Below, in pieces: positions 1-11,644 of a stretch of DNA of 20,000 nt (the first letter of the stretch is position 1; each line of letters begins with the position of its first letter). The DNA comes from Catajapyx aquilonaris (Eukaryota): contig JYFJ02001407.1 in assembly GCA_000934665.2 (NCBI GenBank), forward strand, positions 61,297 to 81,296. Direction: 5' to 3'. The position numbers and the translations under genes were made by a program. The notes beneath the pieces were generated by a model that saw only the letters and a program-made list of their open reading frames with translations, was not told where the DNA came from and did no database searches.

Positions 1-806
1 CAACGAACCATTCGTATATTTTCTTCCACTGTTTTGTTATCAATTTCTATCGTGACAAGTAGACCTGAACGATTCCTAAACCACCCCCTGGCAACGCCTC
101 CTAGTTGCAAGGTTTCCACGTGAAAGGTGATGACTAAATTATTGAACGAAAATGAAAGTTTCCCAGCGTTTCAGGTGACCTGTTTCTTACGGTGCCAAAA
201 ACTAATACAAAATCTTACGCTAATAAATAAAATGGAGCTCTTAGATTTCCAGACCAAGATGTGACAGTTTTGTAATATAATTATATTATAAGCGGAAAAA
301 GGCACTTTAAAAACGGGAAGACAGACTATGAGAAATATTTTCATTATCGCCCAGTAGATTAGACAGACGTAATTCACATGGAAATCTCGTTGCTATGAGG
401 CATTGCCTGCTGGGATATGTAGCGGGTGCACTTGCACGGAAGTTGGTAAGTTAATGCAATTATCATGTCATATCTCACACACCTGCATATTTTCATGTTA
501 GTTTTGTTACTTACTACTTCCTATATGCAGATACTATCATATAACCTTCTGGAACACTACAGCCATAAACATGGCGCTCTTATTTTTTTTAACGCTCATT
601 GCAGTGTCTGTAGAATATGGCGTTAGTTGACCCCCCCCCCCCTCCCCCAGAACGAAATGTGAGACCTATTTCTCAATTAGTAAATTTCTGTGCAGTGCGA
701 GTTACGTAACCAGGTAATTTTGTTGGCGGATTTATTAACTTACAGCCTAATTAATTAGTTCTGCACCAGTGTGTATAAACGTGGTTTTATATGCGATTAA
801 CTAATA

Positions 807-923
807 ATAATATTGCTAATAACTCAAAATCACATTGTCATTTTTTTTAAAGAATCGCGCAAAATGGAAAACGCGTTTCTTTAAAAAAAATCTAAAATTT
901 GATTTTGAGTAATTAGCTATTAT
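807..923. repeat. AT-rich imperfect inverted repeat (fold-back or MITE relic)
   Basis: Arms of about 52 nt: GCTAATAACTCAAAATCA...TTTTTTTTAAAGAATCGCG versus reverse complement GCTAATTACTCAAAATCA...TTTTTTTTAAAGAAACGCG, with a 12-nt spacer. Confidence 0.7.
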
Positions 924-3186
924 GAAAAAGCCTTGGAAAAAGCAAAGAGAGCCTCATTGAATGGTACTGAATATGCTCCAAAAATTGTTCATTTGGTTTG
1001 ATTTGGTTTCTAAAATCTTGATTCCTATAAGAAACCATTGCAAGATTCCATCTTTTTTCTAGATTAGCTAAAGCTGTTGAAAGTGGAGATGAATTATTTT
1101 TATTCAGATCTTGAATTATTATTATTGACAGTTTTGTGCTCTTATCTGCTTATGGTGGATGCTCAAATGCTGGGCTATATACACAAAGGCCACTTTCCTA
1201 GCCAAACGAATATTTTCTGCATCTGTCTCTTTCCCGGCTTGACATAACTGCCAGTAAGCGTATAATATACTCATTGTGCTCATTCCATTCACAAAACCTT
1301 TTGAAAGAGGCCTAGACCAAGTGTGTGCTAATCCCTGAGCTCTTCACGAAACACGTCAGTGCAAAAAGTTGCACTTTTCGTTCGCGCAACTTCGCTAAAT
1401 CTGGTGAGTGTTAATTTTAGGTCGTGTCCTCTGCGTCGACTTTTCTCCTCTTCTTGTCACTAGTCATCACAGAAATATGCACTGGTTCTCCAAACTACCC
1501 TTTCGACACACACGACACAAGCAACTCATCAGTTGGAACACCAGCGACTATCTGCCTTGCTATCTGCACCACGATCTCTGAGAGGCCCCAGGGTATAGAA
1601 CCAAAATATGGGAAGAAGGAAATGCGGCTGATATTTTCCGTCGGTTCCCAGGCTGGTAAATTGATCCCATATGGTAGCCTAACCATTTCCTACGATCGAC
1701 AGGGGGTCCTTTCAAGCAGGGGTCATTTCTTAGAAGTGAAAACGTGTGCAGAACAGGCCTCGCGCTTTGGAAGACAACGGGCAACTTACGGAATTGTACA
1801 AAACTGAGAAATCCCCGCATATTGTCATTCTTTCATTGTCCTACTAAAAAATTTAAAATTAAAAAATTAAAAAATCCTTCCTGCATTATATGCCAGATTC
1901 TTGAAACGAACACATCTGGTAAAAAGGACTCCCCAACCTAAACTATGTTACCTTATAACAACATGTGCGAGCCTTCGCCTTCGATAAGTGCAGCGAGGCA
2001 CTTGCTTCTCCCTCGCAGTGCATGGGGTCTCCCTCCCTAATTACTGCCAGGCCCCGCGCTTCCAATTTCATCAATACACACTCCTTCAACTCTGCCACAT
2101 TCAACTAAGCTCATGTAACCTTGAACCCCCAAATAAATTTCGCCTGCGCCGGGTTTTTGCTCCCCGCCCTCTACTGCTAATCCGCACCCGAACATTTTCG
2201 GCTTGCGCCCCTCAGCTGTACGTTATTAGAGAAAGTCAACCAACAAAATTTTTGGATACGCAATTCGTGTTGTTTATAAATTCACTCACTGAGAATAGGC
2301 CCCGCACCCACCTAGGGCCGGCCCTGCCCACCCGACATGGAACCTGGACTTATAATTTCGTTAATTGTCCCCAGTACGGACCAGTCATCTGCCCCGTCCG
2401 GCTTTCGCTGCATATGTTAAAAGCAGTCTATTCTGGGTCATGATCGGGGGTGGGGTATCCCTTGGGTCTAGGGCTAATGACTTGTCATCTGGCGGTGCAA
2501 GTGCAACATTGCACCATGGTATATCCGGCCTTGCCCCCCTCCCCCTCCCTACAAGGCGTCTAACGAGTTTTTTTACTGGTCGATTGAATATCAGAATTGT
2601 TTACCTGAAGCTCATTGCACACTATTACCTATAGAATCATAGGCAACATTGCCCACGGAAATTAACATACTGTAGCTCACAATGCTGGTGGAAATATTGC
2701 TCATATCATGTACTAATTTTTTTTAAACGTTTCGGACAAACCTATATCTTCGAGCTATGCAACCATGCATGTATAGAAAGGTCAATGTTAGGGTGGGGGG
2801 GGGGGGGGCAATTCACATTGCTAGCGTACTGATCAAGGTACTGATATTGTGCAACCCCAGATACCTCTGCCTGGAACTTCTTTTTTTTCACATTTTGTAC
2901 AAGTGCATGTTGATTCACCTGTGCAAATCACCCACCGAATATTTTGCAATCGAAAGTGCTGCAATTAGGATTTTAGCATCTATTGGGAATAAATTACACA
3001 TTTACACTCATTCTGTGTGTTTCGTGATGCCAAGGTTTTGAAACAGGGTGGTCAGTATTTCCTGCATAATATGCATAGAGGCCATTTCCTGACCCTGTTC
3101 CAAGTCTTCCAATTTTATTGTACTTTTATTATTATCATTACGGTGCTGTATCATTTCTGGAAAACTTGGTTTCATTTTCTAAGTTA

Positions 3187-3246
3187 ATATTACGGAATAT
3201 CAGTGAAAAATACTCATGAGTATTATTCACTGATATTCCGTAATAT
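3187..3246. repeat. 60-bp spacerless palindrome with one mismatched pair
   Basis: ATATTACGGAATATCAGTGAAAAATACTCA|TGAGTATTATTCACTGATATTCCGTAATAT; 29 of 30 positions pair. Confidence 0.95.
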
Positions 3247-4981
3247 CATCTGCTGTTTTCTAGTGGCCTAACCTGAAGGATATTGGTCACATCACAAAAA
3301 CTCCCAGTCAGCCTGGCAATATTGCAAAAATTGTGCAAATCATTTTCATCTTTCAACAGGTCAAGGTCAAGGAATCATCAAACCTGCCAAAAATATGGGA
3401 ATTACTGACTACCCTGTACAGATGCAGTTATGCAGTTGTCCTAACTTATGCAGTTTTTTGGTTTTAATAAATTCTTACGGCCACTTAGTGTTAGTGCCAA
3501 GGGGTCAAAGGCCAACACCAAAAAATTATTTCTTGGTACTCTTTGGTACTCCTTGGTACTTCTTGAATAAATTTTGGTACCCCAGTTTACACTTTACAGT
3601 CGAGTGGTTAACCACTTGGTTAGTGCATCCTGTTATTTGTATAAGCTCGGGAAAAAATTTATTGTCCCTCGAAGCCCTACAAACGAAAACTCGTGATTGA
3701 AATTATTAATTTCTAGATAATAATAATTTAATTGGAGGGATCCATAATAATCCTTACGAAATTATGATGTCTTTTATTTAATACGATCGTTCCAAATTAA
3801 GAAAATCACTTATTATTAATCGCATCACTTTGGGCTAAATGTTTGAGTAACATTTTTGGTGCTCATTGTTTACAAGGAAATTGACCTGTTACCTTCTGCA
3901 GTGGGAAACTTTTTATGTTGCAAAAATCAAGGTCTCCACTGATGCCACAACATATTTATAGAAACCCTAATAACCGGTCGCCTTTTTTTGTCACCATATT
4001 TGACTCGTGTTTTGTTGTTTAATACTATTACATCTGGAGGTTACTCTCACTTAGTTTGGCCTGTGCTAAAGTAAATGTCACACTTGTTTCCGGCCTTACC
4101 TTTTCCCCTCCCCATCCGTCCAAATAATCAAAACGACCAATCAGCACACTCAACCATTTTTTTTTAAAACCAGAGCAATTTTACATTATAGTCCTGCGAA
4201 CCTACCTCAATTCCACAACATATTGAGAATGGGTACAAACTAGTTTACTAGCACAGAATAAGCCATGACCTACATTACATGCTTGGAAGTACCTGCCGCC
4301 TTGTACCTACTTGCTAATCACCAGGTCCCTCCTATGTGCCCAACTAAATATAAACACCAGCAAATTGACCACTTGAGCCTTACCTCAACCAAGAAAATTA
4401 ACCCAGGCTGTAACAATCAAGTAAAGGCAACCAGACGGACGTGGACTTGGCAACCTCCAACTGACACCAAAGAGAAAGTCTGAAAGGTGCACATTCCGCT
4501 AACTAACCTGCTTTTTTTTGTTGTCAAAAATGGAAGCTTCTTGTCTAGAGTCGTCTGTCCTGATGATGTCCCAGGGAAATAACGTGATGTCCTGGCCAGA
4601 ACACACCAGGCGTGGGTCCTTCCTTCGGCTGACTGCTGACATCTGCCAGCACATTCACTGGCCACAACCTTTTTCTACCTAGCTGCCTTGGGATATGGCC
4701 ATTGGTTGGCCGCTCAGATGGAAATGGAAGGTTGCCAGATGGAACGCTCTCCTTCAGGCGAGATAGTGCAGTTGAAGGAACTTTTCTTTCCCGCGAACCT
4801 CCGATTACGAAATGCATTTGCATGTCGATCTCTTGGAGGTAATAAAGTGTCATAAGTCAATTGTTGCAACTCTTTGACTGAATGGTGAAAGTTGCATGAT
4901 CGATTAGTTTAATACTGCAAAATGTTTTGAACATTAATGACAAAATAGACTGCTTCTTGTGCCTATTCAAGTCTCAAGTTC

Positions 4982-5002
4982 TTGTTGTTGTTGTTGTTGT
5001 TG
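4982..5002. repeat. (TTG)7 microsatellite
   Basis: Read directly from the sequence. Confidence 0.9.
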
Positions 5003-5990
5003 TTTTTTAAATACCCCGTGATAGGGGCCCTCTTAGGGGGGAAGGGGAGGTTCCCAAGGGAGGGCGCCGTAATTTTTAGTCATTTCTGACTTTGTGAAAT
5101 ACACCAGACCTTTTCTCCTGGCCCTGGGCAGAGTAGGGGGTGCAATTCTACCCCGGCATGTCGGATGAAAAGCGGAAAAAGACCTGGCCAAGCAGAGGTG
5201 ACGGGGACGGGAGTCTCAAGTTTATTGATACCGGTAACTTATTATTTAATAAATAAATGGAGATTGCGAAATCCACGTTTATCACAACTCAAATTTAATC
5301 TACACGTGTATAACATGGGACATATTTCTGAATTTACGTTCATAGAACTGGACCACCATTAAAATATATTGGGAATTTTCTGAATTCAGTGATAAATGTA
5401 TAAATATGGTTAATTTCTGAGTCAGAACCTAATATCCCAAGGTTGTCCCAAACTGACATTATGAAGAGGCCTGACCTTGTTCATTTTAATATCAACGTGA
5501 TTTTTGTACATATGAGTAGGGTACTGAGTTGTAACGTATTTGTTTCCAAATTACTAGGCATTAGTTACTAATGGAAGGAAAATCAATGTGTCTCAATGAG
5601 AAGGAGGGTAATCATAGAGCATCGGCTTCTCTTCACCTCGACCGCGAACCTTCACATCCGGCCAATTTGGGAGGTTCTTACCTTTACTTATCAGGCTTTG
5701 CCGTCTTTTTAAAGCAAAATTGGCGTAAAGATCAAGATGCGTTGAACGTGGTGCTGTCCGATACACACAGTGCTTCCGAGAAGGGACCAAAAAAAATTGC
5801 ATGGTCTTAGAAGCATGTAGGGGCTATTTAAATAACAGGTGTAATTAAGCCAATTTATTCTGCCAATTTATTTCAAATCAATTTTTAGGTACATAAGTAC
5901 ATCGTTTTGTTTTACAGTTCCGTAATAATTAATGAATGACTAATAAACTCAAATAGTTCAAAGCCACAGCGATATAGGCAATGAGCATAC

Positions 5991-6070
5991 TTCCCCGCCA
6001 GGAATCGGACCTGGTTTCACAACATGATTGTGAGCACCACTTGTGAGTTTTACCATTAAACTACGGGCTT
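5991..6070 (-). pseudogene. tRNA-like relic (tRNA pseudogene or SINE head)
   Basis: Minus strand: D arm GTTT-AATGGTA-AAAC, T arm CCAGG-TCCGATT-CCTGG, pairing CACAA/TTGTG in the anticodon arm. Only 4 acceptor-stem pairs form, and the B box reads GGTCCGA instead of GGTTCGA. Confidence 0.65.
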
Positions 6071-6132
6071 TCTCAGCTCCTGTGCCACGCGTGCGCTTTT
6101 ATGAATGGATAATACAAAACTTGAGCAAAAAT

Positions 6133-6491
6133 CAGGGTGGTCCAAAAACGTGATTGTTGGTGCTTACCATTTCTGAGACGAGTTGCCCTATATAGTTAAT
6201 ATGGAGATTTCGGCTCTATTATAGAGATAATGTGTCACAATATTAACGCCGTAACCCAAGTGGTAGGGAATGACCCTTGGTTAGACAACTTGGACAAAAC
6301 AAGAGGTTGAGATATGCCATAACCCGTAGGAAGTTCCCAATTATTCATGGGGGTGGCGAAATTGAAATTAACATGAGGTTATCTCAGTAATGGTGCCAAA
6401 ATTTGTCTAAATCAACTATTGGGCATCTTCGCCATATACATTCTCAAAAAAAACTAATACAGAAGATTGGAGCACTTTTTGGATCATCCTG
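6133..6491. mobile_element. Old non-autonomous Tc1/mariner-type element
   Basis: Left end CAGGGTGGTCCAAAAA versus right end (reverse complement) CAGGATGATCCAAAAA, 14/16 identical with two transitions. There is an internal inverted match, ACCATTTCTGAGA/TCTCAGTAATGGT. The TA duplication is not preserved. Confidence 0.6.
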
Positions 6492-8600
6492 TTTTCAATA
6501 TGTGAAGATTATAACAGTGTCTTAAGACACATTGCTAATAAGTTCCCACTTAATTATTATATGAAGAGTATATAAAAATAGCAGCAACCACTATACAGTC
6601 ATAATTCAAAAATATCATACATAGCTGGCAAATGTGGAATATCCATTGTCCTCCTATCCTCAGTGTATGCAATCAACATGTAGCATTTCATTGTTTAAAA
6701 TTAATGCAAACCATATAATTATCCCAATTATTTCCATAAGATTTTTCAAAACTGTGACATAATAATAATACGAAAAAAATCGACTTATTTTAATATGATA
6801 TGTTTGATATCTCCAGCCTTCACTAAAATGATTAGGAGGATAGCAAGGTCAATTCCTGAAATGGGCGTTCAACACAAGCTATTTTATGGAGTGAACATGT
6901 GCCAACTAAAAATGAGTCAGTGAATATTTGTATGATATGTTATTTATGCCAAGATTGTTGCAACTACTTCTTTAGTTCCCTAAAACTATAAACGTAGAAG
7001 GGCTTGTATTTGTCCCCTGCTGGGAGGCATCCATTCTCTCAGGCACCTGAACAGTCATGCCATTTGATGGCAATCATGAATAACATTTGTAGAATGTTGT
7101 GATTATCTGCATGTTACTACATAATTAAGTAATTTGAACAAGTACCTGATCTAGACACCAAAACGTAGCTATCTATTTTCCCTCTTAAAACTAAAATAAC
7201 AAAAACATGAGCAGTGAATGCTAGAAGTTTTAGACATCCCTTTTCATAACATCAATTCCACTTGCTCTTCAAAATTTTAAAAAATGAATGTGAAACATAA
7301 CCCTTGTCACTCTGGACTGTCAAATCCACAAAAACATTAACATGTGACCAAATCATGTCACCTATCTGTATAAAACATGGAATGTATTTTTCCATTTTTA
7401 TCCCTATCCTTAGTTTCTCCGCAAAGAGTAACTCAATGAAATGGAGGTGGGAGTAAGGAATGGGGAGAACCACGCCGTCCTACCAGTACTCCTGAGCTAT
7501 CATCTTTTCTTAACAACTATAGGTTTGTCTTTGAAAGGTAGGCCTAATGTGACGGCAGACGCAGCATCACAATAAAAACAACGAAACATTCAACATAATA
7601 CCATGGGTGAGGATAATATTGTGCATTACTTGGAGGCCAGTTTTTTCCCCCAAATTTAATTTGCCTTTCATAATTTAGTGATTGAAATGTCCCTGTTAAT
7701 ACCATGAAAATAAATATTGAATCGAATGGAATGACTCTAAAAGTGGGCATAAAAATGTAGAATGACCACACAAACCAACAATAAAATGGGACAGTGAGCC
7801 TATATAAGCACATTGTGATCCCCACACATGAACACTACCAAAAATTTTTTTAAAACACCACACAGGAGCAAATTCCCACTATTACGACATTTCATTAAGG
7901 TCCAACCCACAAGATAAAATAAACATTTCAAAAACCTCAGCATATTAGATTGTCTGAAAAAGGTGACAGACAGAACTTTGTGTATGATTTTTAATTACAG
8001 TGTCAACCTTGTTTATAATGCAATGAGGTAACATGATTAAAAAATATGAAACCAAAAATGAAATGAATTTTTGCGTTCCCATTTTTGAGAAAAGCACAAG
8101 AAAATCATGGTCCGACGCCATGGAACACTGATATCAAATCAAAAAATCATGATTATAGCTGCTGAATTCTGTTCACAACCAAAAATCTTATTCACTTCAT
8201 ATTGGATGCCTGTTAACTGAATTATCATGAAGGGGTAATAGAGAGAAGGGGAAAAAAAGCGCACACATTCACCTGTGCCTCATTGTGTGAACTAAGACTT
8301 CCAGGACCTTCCAGCAGATTGCAAAGGTTTTATGTTTGTAAACAGAATACAGGCCATTGGGTTTCACAAAATCATATACAGTATACTGTCATAGTCAGAA
8401 AGATGGAGATCCATGTTGCAAAACTGTAAGTTTACTGAAAAACTATAGTGACATAATAACCTGCTATAACATGAATGCATACATTCGAGCAGAGATACCA
8501 CAAGATTTCCAGTGAACTCATTTGAGATTTGAACCATGAATATAGTCCCATCTTTTTGGCCACAATAATACTATTTATACATCACTGTTATTGAATGATA

Positions 8601-9219
8601 TTAAGGCTCCTTGGTAGCCTCAGACACTAAACGCTCAAACTCCTCTGCCGGAGAGAGTGCTGGGCCCTGGCGGTCTGGTTGTGGATCAGGGCATTGAGCA
8701 CCAGCAGGACCCAGACCTCCAGAAGGCTCTGGAAAAGAATTTCGAGCATGGATTCCTAAATCTAAGGGAAGAGCAGGATGCCCTTGATCTGTACCCAGGC
8801 GAGGAGGTACCATAGATGGACCCGGAGCAGAGACAAGTGCAGGCTCAGGGGCGAGAGGTGGCTGTGGATCACCCAGAGCGAAGGACAGTGGCCCAGGGCT
8901 CGGTGGTCGTCCAAGAGCAGCTGATGGTGGGGCACGTGCATATGGCTGGAAACCAGGCATTATAGGGGTGATCATGGGCTGCGGCTGATTGAATGGCATG
9001 AAGGCTCCTGGCATGATGTTCCTGCGTTGAGTATAAGCGTTCGGATATCCCCAGTTGAATTGCTGAGGCTGCTGCGGCTGAGGCTGCGGCTGCGGCTGCG
9101 GCATCATGGATGGCCCTGGAGCGTTGAAGTAATATGGCCCTAGTCCCATTTGGGACATGTGGCCAGGAAGGGAAACAGAATACTGCTCGACTCTTCCACG
9201 GGCACCCTGACTGAACAAC
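8601..9219 (-). CDS. Abox: Homeobox gene terminal coding exon, Pro/Gln/Gly-rich low-complexity tail
   Basis: Acceptor ttaatttccAG|G at 9220/9219 completes the Trp codon (TG|G) after a 61-nt intron, giving DRMWLFSQG. It continues as the 205-aa ORF to TAA at 8603-8601, where GC content drops sharply. Confidence 0.9.
9061..9103 (-). repeat. Coding hexanucleotide repeat encoding (PQ)n
   Basis: GGCTGC-type tandem units translate as PQPQPQPQPQQPQQ. Confidence 0.85.
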
Positions 9220-9280
9220 CTGGAAATTAATACCCAGTAACTTTGAAGTTACTGATTTCAAAATAAACTAACATTCTCAC

Positions 9281-9417
9281 CACATACGGTCCCCAAGAAA
9301 AATAGGCCGGGTAGCTGTCACCCCCATTGACGTGTAGTAGTGTTGCACCATCATTTCGAGGTCGTTGGTATACTTGCGCTTCCATTTGGTGCGCCGGTTT
9401 TGGAACCATATCTTGAT
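9281..9417 (-). CDS. Abox: Homeobox gene exon encoding helix 3 and the post-homeodomain motif
   Basis: Acceptor ctacttccAG| at 9418/9417. The 137 nt read IKIWFQNRRTKWKRKYTNDLEMMVQHYYTSMGVTATRPIFLGDRM plus TG, followed by donor TG|GTGAGA at 9281/9280. This frame is absent from the ORF track. The Abox assignment rests on recalled similarity to Drosophila CG34031-type proteins. Confidence 0.95.
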
Positions 9418-9856
9418 CTGGAAGTAGAATCCAGTCAATTTTCATTATAGTACGGTACCGGTATCAATAAAGCTATTTACTTTTGCTATCTTCTTGCTGT
9501 TCCGCCATGTGGGTAAAAACAGAAGGTAAATCAGTTGCAACATATGAAAAAAAAACTGCGAAAAACTAGTCAATATTATAGGCAAAATCCCTTTTTGGCC
9601 CAAGTTAGAAAAAGCGTCAGTCTATTTTCAAAGAGTGCCTGTCAGAGAGTGAAATGATTGCAAGGGGTTTTTTCTCTCCCATACAGACAGACAACCCTTG
9701 ACTAATGACCTCCCAGCACTAATGACGCGATGAAGCAAAGCTGTCAAGGGACGACACCTTGTATTTAGGTATTATCTAGGTGCAAAAAGGCAATATATTC
9801 TAAGGTCAATTCCACGGTCGATTCTAAAACGTTCTACATGATATTAAACGTGATTG

Positions 9857-10327
9857 CATGGGCGTAGTCAAGGTGGAGCTGGAAGAGCAAGAAATTTTGG
9901 GGAACCATGCGAGTAAAAAATAAAACTGGTAATATATACAAAAATTAAATTAGTAGGATACACTAATAAAATTAGTTATTTTAGTATAACAAACAAAATT
10001 TTAATACTCCAAAGAATTTTTAGTAAATTTTTGTCTCCCCTTGACTAAGATCCTATAAGTTATATGAATTTTTTTTACGAGCTCAACCGAGTACGCACCC
10101 ACACTCGCGCAAGTCCGAGTTCCGACAACAACGTTGCCACAGTAACTCCTCAGGGGCCAAATTCAAACTGGTAGCCTCTACGGTTCGTTCCATAGCCTTG
10201 GCAACGTCGAAAAAGTCGGCCATATTGTTACCCCCTCAAGTTTAGTGTTGGAAACAATTTGCGCGAACTGTGTTGCGCACTCGGTTGCGCTCATTTAAAA
10301 AATGCATCTACTTGAGCTACGCCCATG
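9857..10327. mobile_element. Putative hAT-like non-autonomous element in the homeobox intron
   Basis: TIRs CATGGGCGTAG-TCAAG and (reverse complement) CATGGGCGTAGCTCAAG. The flanking 8-mers CGTGATTG and CATGGTTT match 5/8, consistent with a decayed 8-bp target duplication. Confidence 0.55.
10068..10303. mobile_element. Nested MITE-like inverted-repeat element
   Basis: Left TTTTTACGAGCTCAACCGAGTACGCACCCACACTCGCGCAA versus right (reverse complement) TTTAAATGAGCGCAACCGAGTGCGCAACACAGTTCGCGCAA. Confidence 0.65.
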
Positions 10328-10341
10328 CATGGTTTACCTAC

Positions 10342-10523
10342 TTGAGTCTCTGTGAGCTTAAGCATCTTGGACAGCTGCATTCGCTTGGAAATTGAGAGAT
10401 ACTTGTTCTTCTCAAATTCATTCTCCAGCACTTTAATTTGAGATGCTGTGAACGCTGTACGAGGTCTTTTCTTTCTAGCTTCGCGCCTGCGCATCGGTCC
10501 AGTTAAATCCACGGGCCCTGCAC
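10342..10523 (-). CDS. Abox: Homeobox gene exon encoding homeodomain residues 1-44
   Basis: Acceptor tttatacctttacAG| at 10524/10523. Encodes AGPVDLTGPMRRREARKKRPRTAFTASQIKVLENEFEKNKYLSISKRMQLSKMLKLTETQ. Donor CAA|GTAGGT at 10342/10341 is phase 0, at the common homeobox intron position 44/45. Confidence 0.96.
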
Positions 10524-10599
10524 CTGTAAAGGTATAAACAAGGTTGAACATAAATTGTGACAATCCATTACAGGGCTACCAGGTGCTATTTTCAAAGCA

Positions 10600-11400
10600 C
10601 TTTGCCCATCTAAAGTGTGCTTTGTGTGGCAAAAAGCACTGTGATTGGCCTCATGTCGTGCCAATTAGCTGGATACTTCAGTCCGGGACAAACAGAGTGT
10701 TTGGAATTGCATTGCTTGGCCTATTGCCCATTTGGCTAAGATTTGCTGCAAGAGCAAATTGTCGACGACTGCAAATTATCGTGAAAGGATATTGCGGCTC
10801 ATTAGGCACAGAAACTGATCGTTTTCCACCCGATTTGATATATGAAAATTGCTTAACTACTTATTTGGCACGAAAAGTGGTCTGTTCTAAGCATTGGAAC
10901 CGCTCCACGCTGAAGAAGGGGCTAATTGGCGCTACGCAAGTTATTTGTGCCAGCTCCATTTATTTCGGCTGCAGACTGTCATTCGGGAAGAATTTTCTGT
11001 TTCATCTGACGTGCGCAAAGGGCTGCTTTTCGGCGCGAATAGCGAGGATTAATCAGTGGTAAGGAGCGGTCCTCCAAGTCCGCAGGTTCTAAGTTTGGGC
11101 GCGCTTGAAACGAGCGGGACAGAGAGGCCACCAATCACCCGCCCAATTAGCCTCTTGATCGTTGGCGTGGAAATATGGCGCCCCGAAGAACAACCCTCCT
11201 CTCTTCCTTGCAGCATCTGGGTCTTCTAGAAGGCAGATGCGCCCGGTGTCTTCCGAGGGGCGCCCCCTAGAAACACTGGTGGCAGCCATTTCCGTCGGGG
11301 ATTTATTTATTCGAGCTTTAATTAGCCGGGAATGTTGGGAGTCGAGACAAACTGGATGTTAAATGCCTCGTAATTATCGGAGGAGATGGTGTCGGAAGGA
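10600..11400. promoter_or_regulatory. Candidate intronic cis-regulatory block with homeodomain sites
   Basis: GC/CpG-richer than its flanks. CCAATTAG or CTAATTGG occurs at 10661, 10922 and 11143, with further CCAAT/ATTGG and TAATT cores. Confidence 0.5.
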
Positions 11401-11465
11401 TGTCATTGGCCCACACCCACTTTTGGCACTTCTGGCTCTGGATTCTGCCACGCCTTCATCCTTAC

Positions 11466-11517
11466 CAGAAGTGGCCAACATTACTTCCCGCCCCCGCTCT
11501 TTCACGTGTGGATACAT
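11466..11517 (-). CDS. Candidate alternative first coding exon (MYPHVKERGREVMLATS+G)
   Basis: ATG at 11517, then 17 codons plus 1 nt, then donor CTG|GTAAGG at 11466/11465. It is phase 1, in frame with exon 10523, and has TATAAAA upstream at 11651-11645. Confidence 0.4.
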
Positions 11518-11644
11518 TCTTGGTTAATGTGGATGTGGTAAGGAGTATGGTTGCAACGACCGTTGAATGGGAGCTCGTGAAGAGGGTTGCGGAATTTCAG
11601 GGTACAAGTGGGTGGCTAAACAGTGTAGAAACACACCGCCCTGG

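Noticed and set aside
3044..3098. Short inverted match ACAGGGTGGTCAG...CTGACCCTGT
   Set aside because: Similar to the TIR at 6133, but too short and gapped to call an element.
4417..4853. GC-richer segment with 82-102 aa ORFs
   Set aside because: No motif or convincing splice frame on either strand; left unannotated.
8869..9261. Poly-Ala ORF
   Set aside because: It is an alternative frame of the (PQ)n repeat in the terminal exon.
9227..9445. 72-aa ORF over the helix-3 exon
   Set aside because: Wrong frame; the WFQNRRTKWKR frame is the real one.
10332..10341. Second GT 4 nt into the homeobox intron (GTAG|GTAAAC)
   Set aside because: Its use would frameshift helix 3, and such tandem GTs are a normal by-product of the donor consensus.
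10544..11062. 172-aa plus-strand ORF in the large intron, and neighbouring ORFs to 11717
   Set aside because: No recognisable domain; better explained by GC-richer regulatory sequence.
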